From Minutocellus sp. GHC0000111 (Eukaryota): 64,000 nt of DNA. The stretch lies in NCBI GenBank assembly GCA_977018835.1, contig OZ361261.1, positions 2,108,001 through 2,172,000 of the forward strand. Reading direction: 5' to 3'. The translations under genes and the position numbers were made by a program. Position 1 is the first letter of the stretch, and each line of letters starts with the position of its first letter. The notes under the pieces are model-generated. The model worked only from the letters and a program-made list of their open reading frames with translations. It searched no databases and was not told the DNA's origin. Shown here one piece after another: positions 13,601 through 27,209 of this stretch.

Positions 13601-16600
13601 TGACTGATGCCGTTACCGTTGGATCGCTGGAACTGTAGAGTTTGCAAATCAACTCATAGCACTTTGCTGCAAGAGACGAAGTGTCCGGCGATAGCACAAA
13701 GTCGAGGTCGGAGATGAGATGAAGCGCCGCATCGAGGCAATTGTGTGATCGCATTACCTCTGGAACGGCAATGCGCTTTCCCTGTGCAGTTATCACGGAG
13801 AACGAATTTTCTGCCAATCCAAGCAATACATGTGATAGATTCTCGCTGTCTCCATACTGCAGGTAGTACAGCGCCAAGTCGATGATGAGATGCCTGAGCC
13901 CCTTGATACCGCTAGGCAAGGGTAGGATTGCCGATGCATTGCTCGATGGGGACGGTGGTATGAGGAGACGCCTTGCAAATGCTTGAGCAAGACGGTTGCC
14001 ACCATCAAGGGACCTACCGCACAACACTGCGAGGGTCTCTTCGTGGGAAAGAGTGCCCGTGAGATAGGTGACGATGCTCATGGCAGCCTTGGCCATATCC
14101 TCGTCATCGCTCAGCGAGCAAGTCCGATATCCGACATACTGGGCAATGGCCGGGGTCAGCTCCGCTGGAAATGCCCTTTGCCCCGCTGAATCGAGAAGCA
14201 GTTGCGACAAATGCACGACATTGACGTCATAGGATTCGAGGACTCGACTTACGAAGGATCCCTGAATGGGGGCTCGGAACTGTAGCACCGGAACTACTGA
14301 CAAGGTGGTAGAAGAGCCGTGGACGGCTTTCCCGAATGCCTCTTCTCTACCTGCGGCAGCGCAAAGGATTCGCAGCGACAGAAGGATGGAACGCTCGCGC
14401 CATGTTACACCATCATGCGATGCAACGTAGCAGTCGGCGACGTTGGAAGTGTTGGAGAACAATGCGTGACTCCGTGGAGGGAACAGTGGCCTCATAAATG
14501 CATGCACCCAGGTATTTGGCGTCTGAGGAGGTTCTGTCCGAAGCGACGCCCCAAAAGACTGTGCATCCAACCTCTTTTGTTCGTCTATTGCCATCTTGGA
14601 ATAAGCGAAGACCGGAGGAGTGTTGCCAAAAGCTGCCATTGCGAGAGCTCTGGAGTAATCTTCTTGGCCGTGCACGCCAACTCCGCTTGCTCCGTCGCTC
14701 TCGATGAGGAGATGAGCGAGGATGTAGAAGAGGTTCCCCCGTTCAGATGACAAAATATTGGCCAAAATGGTGAAGCCTGGGCTCTTGGGGCAAGGCACGG
14801 TCATCGACTGCAGGTCTAACGCGGCCGTGTTGTTCTGAGCCGGGCCCGCCACAGAAGGTGGTGTGTGAAAGCCAGGAGTTGAGTTGAATTGCTGCGCTGA
14901 ATAGGACCCACCCGCATAGGTGGTTTCAGGTGCCGCATTCTGTGCCGGGGCCAGAGACAGTTGCTCGTTACGATAGTCACGGAGTGAATCTTGCACCTCA
15001 AATTGCGTCAGTTCCTCAGCCTTCTCAATACAAGGGAAGATTTTGCTTGTTACAAGTGCCAATGAAGACTCCTCGGATGCATGTCGCAGTGATGATTCAT
15101 AGTGACGACCAATAGACTCGAGGGACAATGGTTGCTGTTGTTGTTGCTGCTGCTGTAGTTTCGATGACGCTGGCAGAGCTTGTTTGGACGAATCAGGCGG
15201 GACCATGTATCTTACGATGACGGCCTCGACTACCTCCAGGGCTCGTGAAACGAGGCGATACTTGTCAGCGGGCGTTGCAAAGGACAAAGCTTGTTTGCCC
15301 TTGTTTGTCAAGCCGGTGGCTCGAGGAAGGACAAAGTCGATTACATTTTCAATGTAGGGAGTGCAGCCCGGACGAGGTCTCCAAGCCGATCCAAGATCAG
15401 AAGGGCATCCGACTGTTTGGACGAGGGACGTGATGAGATACAAAAGGCCTTCAGTTGCCGGGTAACTTCCATCAATCGCCTCGACGTGTTCCATTTCATG
15501 GACGATGCCGTATTCTACCGAAGCGGGAAACCATGCTGATGACGATGCTTCTTCGGCCCTTGCGCGCTTCTGCGACACGTTGGGACAAATGTGGTGAATG
15601 GAACAAGAACGTGAGCATGAATCAAAACGAGAAGGCGTACTAGCAGAACTGATACGATGCGAAGGGATTGCATCCGCAACAGCAAAAAATCAATACATAC
15701 CTCCTTGTAGTACTTGGATCCAGACTCCATAATGCATTTGACTTCAGCACCGGGGACACCAGGAGCTGCAGTGAATCTCGAGGCGTCGGGCATAGGTGCA
15801 TACTGTCCAAGAAGGCCGATGGGAAGAATCTGTGTCACTTCGAGCAGTCTCCACGCCTCTTTGCCATACGTGAAAGCAGTTTCCTTGTCTTGGTCACTGG
15901 ATATTTTGGTCGGCTGCGATCGAACTAAATTGGCAATGGCAACGAAGACAAGCCCACGGATGTCGGTAGGAATAGGACAAACAACAAGGGAAAAGAATGT
16001 TTGGAGCGTCGGGCCGCCAATTCCACCTTCAGGCGAAGAAGACGCCAGAGCTAGAATCTCGGACCGAGCCTTGATGGAACGACTACAGACGTTGGAGATC
16101 AGGGTAAGTATGGAAAGAAGCTCGAATTTGTTCTGTTCATCTAACTCAAACCGCTTGCGACCGCTGGTGGCGGAGGAACTTCCACTGCCACCTTGACTCT
16201 CTCCCCTCGAGTACGAACCACTTTGGCCATCCGTGGCATTGCTGTCGGCACCATAATAATACGCAGTGGAAGGTGTACCGTCTGTTTCATATGCCCCCGA
16301 TGCTGAACGTCGCAACCCTTCTGACATAGACTTGCTGCTCTCTCCACTCGATGCCGGCCGACTAAGCTCATCAACATAATAAGAGATAAGATCCAAGAGG
16401 TACTGCCACGTTATTTGAGTTCGATTCGAGATGCTCCTGGGCGACATGTTGAGGTTGGCGGCACCACCCATAAGGAGCTGGTGCACTACTTCAGCGCCGT
16501 TCTTTGACTCGTCTTCTCCTGGCGCATTGGCAAGAGCCACCGCTGCTAGGAATGAGAGGTACGTAGGGAGAAGTGAATCTTCGCCAGATTGCTTCTGTTC

Positions 16601-19600
16601 CAGCTTCATCAACACTCTGCTGGGCGAAAGACGCAGGTGCGTGCTGAGAGTTCCATCTTCGCCTTGTTCTTGCTCCTCGGTAGTTGACCAGAACTGGTGG
16701 GCGCAGTCTGGACAGGCAGAACATACTGCAACAGCAAGTGCCACAACATCGTCCAGACAATCGAAGCGCTCTGTGATGTCAGGTTCGGTCTTGAGCGGGG
16801 TGGCGGGCTGTGACTGCTGAACTCCTCTGAATGCTCCAAATTGCTGTCGCTGCTCTTCCTGCGCACGGGCGAATTCGATATTCTTCTTCTCGTCGTCATA
16901 CCAATGAGCACGGGTCACCGGAAGCTCCCCGAACGAAGAGATGGCATCAAGATATCGCGATGAGAATTCAGATAAGACTGACATGTAGAAGTCGAAATTG
17001 GATGAAAGGGACCCTCCTCCCGCACCGCCACCACCGCCATCACCCCCGGAAGACGGCGATGCATTCCGCATAGTTGAATTGCCGAAAGAAGGGAGCAACG
17101 ATACTCTGGCATACGTTAGCGATTTGTGGGAAAATGGAGCCTCCAGACATGACCGGTACGACCTTCGAATGTCGACAGATCCCCCTCCACGGCGTGGAGA
17201 TGCCGAAAAGCCGGACGGGGACCGACCTCCCATCCGGGGCGATGTCAGAACAACGGCCGACGGCTGCAGGAGAAGGGCACATGCACCGCAAAGCAGGCCG
17301 GCAATGTCTTGCCTCCTCCATGATTGAGTAGAGGCAATGCTGTCCATGTCAAGACGACGATTGATCTCTTGAAGGTCGGCCGTGTCGGAAGCGGCAGACC
17401 CACCATCACTAGGAGGCGGTAACACACCATTGCCCTGTGTAGACGCGGCAAGAAGAAGAGAGAGTGCAACTCTGAATGAGCACAACGGAAACACAAACAA
17501 ACAGTAGAATGCTGAAATATATTGTAAGACGACAAAGTAAATACAGCAAATGAAAGACTTACAATACCGAACGCATTGGGCCCATGCGTCTTTCTGTCCA
17601 TAAGAACTTGTCCAGGGTCGAGGGCACAGATCACGGTCATGACAAGGGTGCTGGTGCACTGAAGAAGATGAGGAACGCCTGGGCCGACCAAGTCGGGAGC
17701 CGGTAGTCTGCTTCCGGCCCCATCCCAAAGATTGCCGACCAGCTCGGACTCCCATGCGGCGACATCCTTTTCGACCGGGGCCGAGGGCGATACACTGCCA
17801 TACTGCGATGGTGCCGTCGGCGCGGCGGCGTAGACGTTCGGAGCATTCCCAATGGGATCAAGGATGGGCAGGCCACACCCAATGCCTCCCCGCTTCTTCT
17901 CCCAACTGGATCCGTTGGTAAGGTCCTGAACGAGGTCGATGATGCTCCCAACCTCCTTGCCCGTCAGCTGGGTGTGGTAGGCGAGGTAGAAGAGGCACTC
18001 CGCCACTGTCTGCCGAGACTGGTACGCAAAGGCCAGGAGGGCGTGGTCCATGTCGCGAACGGCAGGTCCAGCAGGTGCAGCGGCCGCGGCGGGGGCAGGC
18101 TGCGGAGCGGCGCCGAACGCGCCAAAGGCCAGTGGAGCCGGTGCGGCGGGGGCAGGAGCGGGCGGTGCAGCCGCGGCAGCGGCCTTCTTCACCCGGCCCT
18201 CGGCAATCTTCCGCCCAATGTCGGTAATTTTCGCGGTGAGATCTCTCGCCACCTGGACCAGGTTGCCCACCAAATCATTCTCAATGAGCTGATCCGTCGC
18301 TTGGAGGACCGCCCTGGCCGACGAGGCCGAGGCCATCCCGTCCGCATCCTGGAGTATGTGCGACGAGGCCTCCACCCGGGCCCGTATCAGCAGGAGGAGG
18401 GACGACAGCAGGCACGATCGTTCGTGAAAGTACAGCTCCCGCGCCGCCCGGAGGACGTCCTCCCCGAACCGCGGTGGCGAGAGTGGATCGTCTTGGTACG
18501 ACGCCGAGGACGATGCCGCCGAAGTGTCCATGGAGGCACCGGTACCGGCGGCGGCATCGGCCGAGTTGGCCGCGGACAGGCCCGGCTGCTGCTGTTGCTG
18601 CTGTTGTTGTTGTCCACCGGCACCACCACCACCATTCGTATCATCGTTGGCCCGCCCAGCGGCAACGGCGGCCCCGACAAAGCTCCGGTCCAACCGCCCC
18701 TCCAACCACCTGCGGTTGGTCACGTCGGACGCCCCGGCGTACAGGCTGGCGGCGTCGGCCTCCGAGATGCGCAGATCGTCCGACAGGGTCTCGATCTCCC
18801 GCAGGATCTGGGGCGTCATCCCCGCGATGGTGCCGCCGGCATCGTTGCCAGCAGCGGTAGTATTGGTAGTTCCACTGGTCGAAGCATTGGCACCATCCCT
18901 CTGCAGCAGCACGTACGGGTTGGTCCTGAGCTTCTGCCGCAGGGCCGGATCGGGCTGGACCATCCTCAGGGGTTCGGGCTTGGACAGCAAGTGTCCCACG
19001 GGCCCGTCACCACCACCACTACTTGCGCCAACTGCACCGCCACTCGTCGTTTGTAATAGGTACATGAGCTCCTGCGCATCGAGGTTTTGGCCGTATCCAC
19101 TTTCCTGCTGCTGCTGCTGCTGTGTAGAGCCATCTCCTCCCGATGCCGTTACCCTCCCCAACACCTCCCGGAGGCGCTGCTCGACCACCAGATACGGGAA
19201 TGTGGCATGGTACGGGGGGATGGTGGCCGAGGGTGTTGGACCGGCCGAGGATGATGCAGCAGGAGCAGCACCAAGTGCAGGCGTCGTCCCGGGTGCTGCT
19301 GGGGCAGGCGCGGCAGCCGAGGCACCGAACAGACCTCCGCCAGTGCTGGCAGCAGCCGGAGCTGGCGCGGGGGTAGCGGTGGTTGCGGGTGCAGGAGCCG
19401 ACGTGCCTCCAAAGCTGAATCCACCGGTCGCTGGTGCTGGTGCAGGCGCAGCAGTAGTTGGAGCGCCAGCCGCTGGAGCCGGTGCCGCGGCCGTCCCCCC
19501 AAAGCCAAAGCCAGCACCGCCCGCGGCAGGTGCAGCAGCGGCTGGTGTGGCAGCTGGAGCCGGAGCCGGCGTCGCGCCGCCAAACGAAAACCCACCCACC

Positions 19601-19743
19601 GCCGGCGCAGGGGCCGGTGCCGCGCCAGCTGCTGCTGTCAGAGCCGCCGCCGGAGCGCCTCCGAAGCTGAATCCACCGCCAGCGGCAGGGGCAGGAGCCG
19701 CCGGTGCCGGCGCGGGCGTCCCACCTCCGAAGCTGAAGGCCAT
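10692..19743 (-). CDS. NUP205: Nucleoporin Nup205/Nup192-like scaffold with an N-terminal FG-repeat extension; introns 17435-17562 and 15570-15700
   Basis: Three long ORFs join at canonical GT-AG sites. LSDDLRISEADAASL, ELYFHERSCLL, RQTVAECLFYLA and GIVHEMEHVEAIDGSYPATEGLLYLITSL resemble Nup205-family blocks. Confidence 0.75.
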
Positions 19744-20591
19744 GATTGGCTGGCTTGCTTGCTTGGTTTTGTCCGTTTTCCGAAAGGACAACGCTCAGCC
19801 AACCGATCGACCAACCAACGAATGCAACTTCTCCTCTGTAGAACTGACCTAGCTAACTCCTAAGTAGCAACTGTAGCCTGCAGCTAATACTGTAACTAAC
19901 TCCAACACGCCCAAGAGGTACTAGTATTGTATGTATCGGTACCGACCCAAAAATAAATCGGTCGGTCGGTCGGCTCTCGCTCGGTCGGTCGTTTTGCTCT
20001 CGCTTTTGTGCCTGTGCTCGCTGCTTCACCCGAACGAGCACAGAGGGGCCAACTGGCAGAGAGTGAATTATTATCGGGATTATCAATCAAGGCTATCGGT
20101 GGCCACGAGATACGTAGCAGATCTGGTGCCGTCCGTCCGCTCGCCATTGTGGCGGTTGCTTGATCGAGGCGAAGGCATTTTGTGCTCTATTTTGAATGGG
20201 CGGACGATGGACAGACAATATTCTAATCTGCAAGCAAATCGCCCATCGCCAAAGATTTTGAAGCCAAGATAGTCACGACGAAAACACCATGTGCATCAGC
20301 AGGTAGGCGTGTAATTCTTTCCCCATCATTTTTTGCTTCGAGTTTGGCTGGCCCGATCGGGCGAGTCGTCACAAGAGACGTCATGTGACAATCTGACCGG
20401 CCCGGTCGGGCTAGCCTGATGTGGCTAGCCTGATGTGGCTGTGTCGAGGAAAGTAGCCACGAGGTAGGGTAAGCAAGGGTATAATCTATATTTAGTAGAC
20501 AACACACTCTGGTAGCCCCATAATAAGCAGACAGAAACAATATGTAGTGATTCTTAACAATCGTTTGACGCCACCAACGCCCACGCCCCTT

Positions 20592-22681
20592 TTACTCCTC
20601 CTTCACAGCACCCTCCTCATCGTTGTCATCATCTTCTTCCTCGTCGTCTACAATGACACTTCCGCGTGCGGTATGGTGTCTCTATAAACAGGGAAACAAG
20701 GGAACATCGGCATCTGCAAGGCTCTCAGCAAAAGTCGGCTTGTCCGACGGGAAGAAACTGGCGAGAAATTCGGCCACCTTGGTGAGGAAGGAGGACAGAA
20801 GGACAAAGCCAAAGAGGAAGAGCAGGGGCCACACAAGCAGATCATACCCGACGATGACGCCATGCTCAAGGTAGTAATCACCCAACCCCACGGTCGTGGT
20901 GGAGATATCTATAATTGTTGAGATAAGAAGAAGCATGGGTGAACAAAGAGTTCGGTGAGAGGAGATGAAGAATGATGAAAATAGATAAGATATTTCCCAC
21001 CAGAACATCACTTACAAGCAAACCAGTAGCTATCGGCGTAATCAATGGTCTCTTCGAGACGATCTTCCTGCCAAAACTGATAATAACTAGCAATCAACAC
21101 CATCCAAACGTAGTACATAGAGCCCCAAAACAGAGCGGAAGCCCAGGGTCTATTGAAGTAGGAGAGATTTGCTCGATCAATACCATCGTCAATGATGGCG
21201 GTAACGACAGATCCGGCATTAGCTAGAATGCCAGCAAATAGAAGAATCGAGAAGAAACCCAATGTAAAGATCATCGCCCGGCCACCCTCTGTCGTCGGAG
21301 CGGTATTACCGTAGCCAACAGTCGTCATTACAGTGAACCTGAGGTGAATTTGTGAGGCATTACGTGTACGAATCGAAGGAAAGGGTGACAGGTAAGGGTG
21401 AGTGCTACCGGTACATGGAATGAACACCAGATACAATTTCGAGAAACAGAGACTGCCACGATAAAATTGCGCCAATGCCACCCACCAAAACCAAGCTCCA
21501 GCAAAGTAATTGACCTCACAGATGCTGAAACCATCGGCATCGATGAACGAGCGCTCCAGCGCATCCAATCGGGCGGCAGCAAACTCATCGAACGTCATGT
21601 TCTTCCCGCCTCCCGCCTCTATGGCTTCTTCGAGATATTGGCAGTAGAGCTCCTCCTGACTTTGCTTCCAAGCCGTCATGACGGCCTCTTCCTGAACACT
21701 TGGCAAATACTGCGTGGTGTTGGTAAAGGGATTAAGAAAGTCACCAATGGCACCCCCGATGGCATCTCCGATGTTTTCATCATCGGCATCTGGATCGGGG
21801 GCGGTGCATCGGATCCAATCAAAGCTCACGGAGCTGCTCAGCAGACCTGAGTCGATAATATCTTCAAACTGGTACTCTCCGATGATCTGCAAGGCTTCCT
21901 GTCCACATTCGGTCATGTGCGTTATAAGGTCCGAATACTCAATGGTCAGGTCCGTTGGGAGAGATACGTTGAGGTCGGTCCTGTTGCGGTCGGAAATGGT
22001 ATTGTTCTGCTGAAACGAACACTGCGCAAGACTACCGACAAACACCTGCTGGATAGTGTCTTCGATCAGGGCACCCTCGAGAGAGGGGGGTTCTGTGCAG
22101 TTGATGATAGGGGTAGTGCCGTTGGTGCTGTTCCCATCAGCCCCGACGACACCATCGCTAAGGGCGTTGGTCTGATTGTCCGCCAAACACTCCTGGAAGG
22201 GAAGTTCGACGGCCTGCTCCAACCAAAATACACTGGAGCAGATTGTTGGCAATTCCTCGGTAATTGTAGCCAGCAACTCCTCCTGCAGCGCGACGGCACC
22301 GGTGGTGGCAATAATGTCGTTGTTGGTTGCCACTTCTCCCGGCGCCTCGAGCGTGGCCAACCCAAACCCAAACAGAAGGGACACACCAATCAGCGAGAAG
22401 AGCGGTACGACGATGCCCATGAGGATACCGAATGTTCTGGGCCACTTACATGCGCAACACAAGACCGAGCAGCACTTGTAGCAGCCGTGACTTTCGTCTT
22501 GCTGCTTATTGCCGAGATTTTCGCCATCAGAGTCGTCGTCTTCATCGACACCCGCTACATCTGAAGCCTGAGGAGCTGCCTCCTCGTTGGCGAGATTTGT
22601 TTCGTCTTCGACCTCTGGCATTGGCTCAATGGGAGGCACTGCCTCGTCGTCATTGGTGATGGGAGGCTCCAAGGTGGACAT
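20592..22681 (-). CDS. Two-pore-domain potassium channel (K2P/TPK-like); introns 21339-21485 and 20909-21015; TAG at 20682-20684 precedes an in-frame acidic tail
   Basis: Pore loops WFTVMTTVGYG and YISTTTVGLGD after splicing, with flanking transmembrane helices. Confidence 0.85.
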
Positions 22682-22973
22682 GATACGATATGCGCAAGCT
22701 TTGGCTCGACCGCGGGCAATACTCTAGTGTGTTCTTTCTTTGTGCGGCGTGGCGTGACCGTGGATGTGTTGAGTCAAGATTTTTTCTTTCTGATCAAAAA
22801 GTCGCCGGTCGGCGGCGGCCGTCCTTTTCCGTTGCGTAAGTAGCACAACTTCGACTGAAATTTCAACTCATGGCATCGGGCGGCGGCGTGGGCTCGAAAA
22901 CCGAAATGGTACCTAGGTACGGTATTGCCGGGGCTGCCGCCGATCCTCATACAAAGAACAAGTCGTACCGACG

Positions 22974-24869
22974 ATGAGGTTGTATCTGTCTTCGGCAGCA
23001 GCCGCTTCGCTGCTGATGATGGTACCATCGTCCTGCGAGGCCAAGCTCGGAGCAGAAGAACAGGCCCAAGTCGAGGAGCAACATATCGAACAGCAAATTG
23101 AAGAACAGCCCACGCCCGCTGAGGAGGAAAGTCCCAGCATCATCGAGACCATTCAATCGCAAGTCCAACAGGATCTCACCGAGAGCGAGGACGAGGAGTA
23201 TGGTGATACGACGCCGACGATTGATTTGATTGCCGAATCCGAAGACGATGAGAATGAGGAGGATGAGGTCGATACGCAGATCGACAGGCCGACTCCGACG
23301 ATTGCCACATTTGGTAAGTTTCAATGAATGCTCTCTCCATGTTCAATGCATACATGCTTTGCATCAGCCACCACATATCGTTTCACTCACCTTGACTCTT
23401 TGCCAACCACAACGTAAACTTCAGAACCAATCCAACGTGGGAACGGCAAATGGGGAGATGAGTTCGATATGGAACTCATCCCAATCCACACAATGCTACT
23501 GCCCGATGGCCAGATTCTCTCGTACGGCACGAGCGCCAAAGGACGGCAGGGAGCCGACCTATATTACGAGGTCTGGGACTGGAACAAGGGCATTCATGGA
23601 AGCGTCCATAAATTGCTACAGCACAAGACCGACGCTGATATCTTTTGTTCAAGCTTGAATATTGATCCTTCCAATGGCAACGTCATTATCATGGGCGGAG
23701 ATGTGCGAGAGCCCGATGCTGGATTTGGTATTGAAACTGTATTGGAATACAATGTCAAAACTGAGACGGTTAGGAAGCATCCCAAGGGGGACATGAAATA
23801 TGCCCGTTGGTATGGCACGAGTGTCAACTTGCCCAATGGAGAAATATTTGTAGTGGGCGGACGTGACGACGATAAGCGAGGCTCTCCCATTCCAGAAATT
23901 TATTCACCCGAAACTGGCTTTCGGCAGCTCAAGGGAGCATCAATTCCAATCATTGCCAAGGAGAAGGATAAAAATCACTGGTGGTATCCTCATACCTACG
24001 TGAATAGCAACGGGGATATTATTGTGATTATGCCTCGAAATGACAATGCTGATATCTACCGAGTTGACGTCGAAGGCGATGGCTCTGTGACTCGCATAGG
24101 GCGCAAACCATTCGAAGCTCACGTCCGAAGTCCTTCCATCATGTTTAGAACGGATCACGTAGCCTTCCTTGACGATAACGGTGGTCTTTGGGTTGCGGAT
24201 ATATCTGATTCCAACTCAGTTGAATGGAATAAGAAAAATAATCTGGGGCACGGCCGTACCAACGGATCCATGGCTCTTCTTCCTGATGGCCGGGTTGTCA
24301 TTGTAGGAGGCGCCCGATCGACCAATGACGGTGGATCCGACATTGACAAGGCCGAGAAGTCCCTTCACATCTGGGACCCCGAGACCAATAAGCTCATCCG
24401 AGGCGACAAGGAAGACAATGCTCGCCTCTATCATTCTAGCGCCCTGATTCTACCGGATGGTTCCGTAGTTTCGGCTGGAGGCGGCGCTCCTGGACCAGTA
24501 CGCAACAGGAATGGTCAGCTCTATCATCCAGATTACTTCTACGATACCAAACAGCAGAAGGTGGGCCGTCCCAAGATTACTGAAAGCCCTCGGAACATTA
24601 GGAGTGGTAACAGCTTCTTCATCATTGTCAACGATGCATCTCGAGTCGTCAAGGTGACAGCCACAAAATCGGGAAGCAGCTCGCATACTCGCAACTGCGA
24701 CACTCGATGGCTGGACCTACAGTTTGACATTGTTGATGATAATACACTTCGCGTTGCCGCTGAGGATAGAAAAATCATGATCGGCGGGCTCTGGATGTTG
24801 AACTTGATTGACACTCACGGTGTTCCATCGGAAGCTAGCCTGGTGGGCGTGGACATGGCCGCTATTTGA
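22974..24869 (+). CDS. Secreted copper-radical oxidase (galactose/glyoxal oxidase, AA5-like); intron 23314-23424
   Basis: Signal peptide, acidic linker, kelch-like repeats, motifs DIFCS, RWY, RLYHSSALILPDG and SSSHT, and a C-terminal Ig-like (DUF1929-type) region. Confidence 0.85.
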
Positions 24870-25375
24870 TTTATTTGGTTAAATGACGCGAGAGAGGGGC
24901 TTAGTGAAATGGAACAATTTACACATCATCTCGCACATTACATGTTCATCGTGGCCATGCATTGTTTGTTTGTTTTTTAGATTCACAACAACTCATAACT
25001 TCATAATAACTTTTAGGACTTGCAAGTGGCACTTCTGGTAACTTTCCGGGTGACTGCCCATAATCGTCGCGTCGCGTCTCCTCGATCTCGAATCATCACT
25101 CCATCCAGCTGAAAATTTCAGGACCCTCCAACGGACCAATCAAATTTTGTTAATTTTCCCAGGACCGCTCAACTAGCTAGAGCTCAATATCTTTGACTAA
25201 TTTGGACTAAGAAATTCCCATAGAGTACTAGAGTACGACTGTTCCTTCCAAATAAAGAGAGATAATAGCTCTGTCGGCGAAGAAACGCAACCAACTTCTG
25301 AAGTTAATTGTTGTCAAGTACGTCCCTGAAAGTGTTCGCTTAGATTACCGGAAGATTTCTTCCGATGCAGCAGAA

Positions 25376-27007
25376 TTGCTGCTGGATGCACTTTTCTCAA
25401 CGATAAGCAGTCTTCATTTGGAATTGGTTTTTGATGCAAAGGGCTTCGGCCCAGAAAAGAAGAAACATGCCAACGACTTTGATTGTCCTATTGTAGAGCT
25501 TCTCTCCTCTCAGACTCAAGGAAAAATCCCCATTTACGAAGAAGATATCCGAATCATCAAACAGAGGGTTTCTTCTTGGAGAGATACGCTGAAGTCTCAA
25601 CTCTTGTCAAATCCATTCGCTCTTTCGATGCGCGAGATGCAACTAGAAAGGGCGTACGAGGAAATGAAGGAAGCCGAGGCAGATGGAAACAATGATCAGA
25701 TTGAAATTTGTCGGTCAACGGTTCTCGGCACGAAGATTAAGGTTGCGAATTTTGAGTGGAAAGACCTCTCTAAGATTGACATAAAGGACCTCAGGCTTTT
25801 CGAAGTCTGTAAAGGATCAGTGCTAAGAGGAACTCTGGTTGCTTCTCCGGCCGTCAGGACAGGTATTACAACTTTTCTACGAGACGGCACCGGCGCCATT
25901 GTTCAGATTTGCCTCTATAATTTTGTTCCAGGGAAAATGAATCGACTGGATAAAACAACGTACGCCCGAAAGCACCTCTCGATTGGAACAAGGGTAGAAA
26001 TTGCCGAACCTTTTACTAAAATATTCTTCGATGGAAACCGTGGCGTCCGAATTGGCAATGTCAGAGCCCTACTGGGAAACTGGTCTCAAGTCTCGCTTGA
26101 ACTCAAGTGTTATCACGAAAGTCTGGCCACAGCTGCAGCATCACTGCGCATTTGGACCGACGATAAGGCAATATATCGCCTGTGCAAGGCCTTGGCCCTC
26201 CTGAATGAAGCGAACTTGGCCATGAGTATACTGCGATGCTACAATGGCGCTACGTTTGGACTCCGAGAACTAAAGTCCAGCATATCTTACTACATCAATG
26301 TTATGGCAAATGATGATAGTAGTAGGACAGTGATGGCGTCGCCGCCCAAGATTTTCCCCGACTGGGCTTCACACCACATCGAAACCTTCTCTGACCAGTT
26401 TAAAGGACGGGGAATACGTGCACGAAATTCACTACCAAGGCACTGTCTCATTTTGATTGAAAGCCCCCTTTCTGTGGCTTCGTCGAACGTTAAAGAAGAC
26501 AAATCGCTAAGCTTTACGCTTGAACAAGACATGACAATGTATGATACGTCCCAAACTCTCCTCCAAGAATCCATTATCAGCCAAATTCAGCGCGACCAGC
26601 TGCTCTCCGAACGCACCAGCAACCTAACCGATGGCACGATGACCCCTCCTCTTGTCAAGCTCCAAGATTTACTCAACACCATTGACGTCGCTAACGCCCC
26701 TCTTCTCTTGCCCCCTCGTCCAGAATTTTTCCTGTCAAAATCTCAACCTCTCTCGGCAGAATGGATCCGAAACATATTGAATGTCAATTGTTTTGGTACT
26801 GGCGATGCTGCCGATTCTAAGGAAAGTTTGGTATACTCAGTAGGATCAATGTTCAATCATTCCTTTGATCCGAACTGTATTGACCTGTCATTTGGGAATG
26901 CTAAAGCAATTGCAACTTGCAGGGCTGTCGAGAAAGGAGAAGAACTGACAATTTCGTATCACAGCGATCCTGACGTATTAAAGAGAAAATGGGGGCTTAC
27001 ACCCTAA
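25376..27007 (+). CDS. TPR/SET-domain (SMYD-like) lysine methyltransferase; start uncertain
   Basis: KGRGIRAR..LILIESPL, SMFNHSFDPNC and KGEELTISY; TPR-like ALLGNWSQVSL..KAIYRLCKAL. The ORF opens on TTG. Confidence 0.75.
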   Translation: MLLDALFSTISSLHLELVFDAKGFGPEKKKHANDFDCPIVELLSSQTQGKIPIYEEDIRIIKQRVSSWRDTLKSQLLSNPFALSMREMQLERAYEEMKEAEADGNNDQIEICRSTVLGTKIKVANFEWKDLSKIDIKDLRLFEVCKGSVLRGTLVASPAVRTGITTFLRDGTGAIVQICLYNFVPGKMNRLDKTTYARKHLSIGTRVEIAEPFTKIFFDGNRGVRIGNVRALLGNWSQVSLELKCYHESLATAAASLRIWTDDKAIYRLCKALALLNEANLAMSILRCYNGATFGLRELKSSISYYINVMANDDSSRTVMASPPKIFPDWASHHIETFSDQFKGRGIRARNSLPRHCLILIESPLSVASSNVKEDKSLSFTLEQDMTMYDTSQTLLQESIISQIQRDQLLSERTSNLTDGTMTPPLVKLQDLLNTIDVANAPLLLPPRPEFFLSKSQPLSAEWIRNILNVNCFGTGDAADSKESLVYSVGSMFNHSFDPNCIDLSFGNAKAIATCRAVEKGEELTISYHSDPDVLKRKWGLTP

Positions 27008-27209
27008 AGTACAAGTCATCTATCTTTTGAATTCGACTCAATGCTTCTCGAGGGCACCATGACTCCTCGCCAAATCGTAAATTATTTGTCAATAAAATTC
27101 AGAACATGATAATATATTACAAATCAGCAAAGAATGCCGCTAGTAGGAGTTAGGTGATCGTTGCTACAAATACCAACGGTCAAATCTCACTACCAACGAC
27201 ATATATCAA

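Noticed and set aside
17974..19852. Long plus-strand ORFs (360 and 442 aa) and similar antisense ORFs such as 54066..55250
   Set aside because: Shadows of GC-rich, low-complexity coding sequence on the opposite strand; no motifs.
19799..19990. (CCGA/TCGG)-type short inverted and tandem motifs upstream of Nup205
   Set aside because: Short, low-complexity promoter repeats; no defined element.
20409..20440. 14-bp tandem duplication ggctagcctgatgt x2; likewise tagagtac x2 at 25221-25236
   Set aside because: Isolated micro-duplications with no associated element; not a CRISPR array, and too weak to call footprints.
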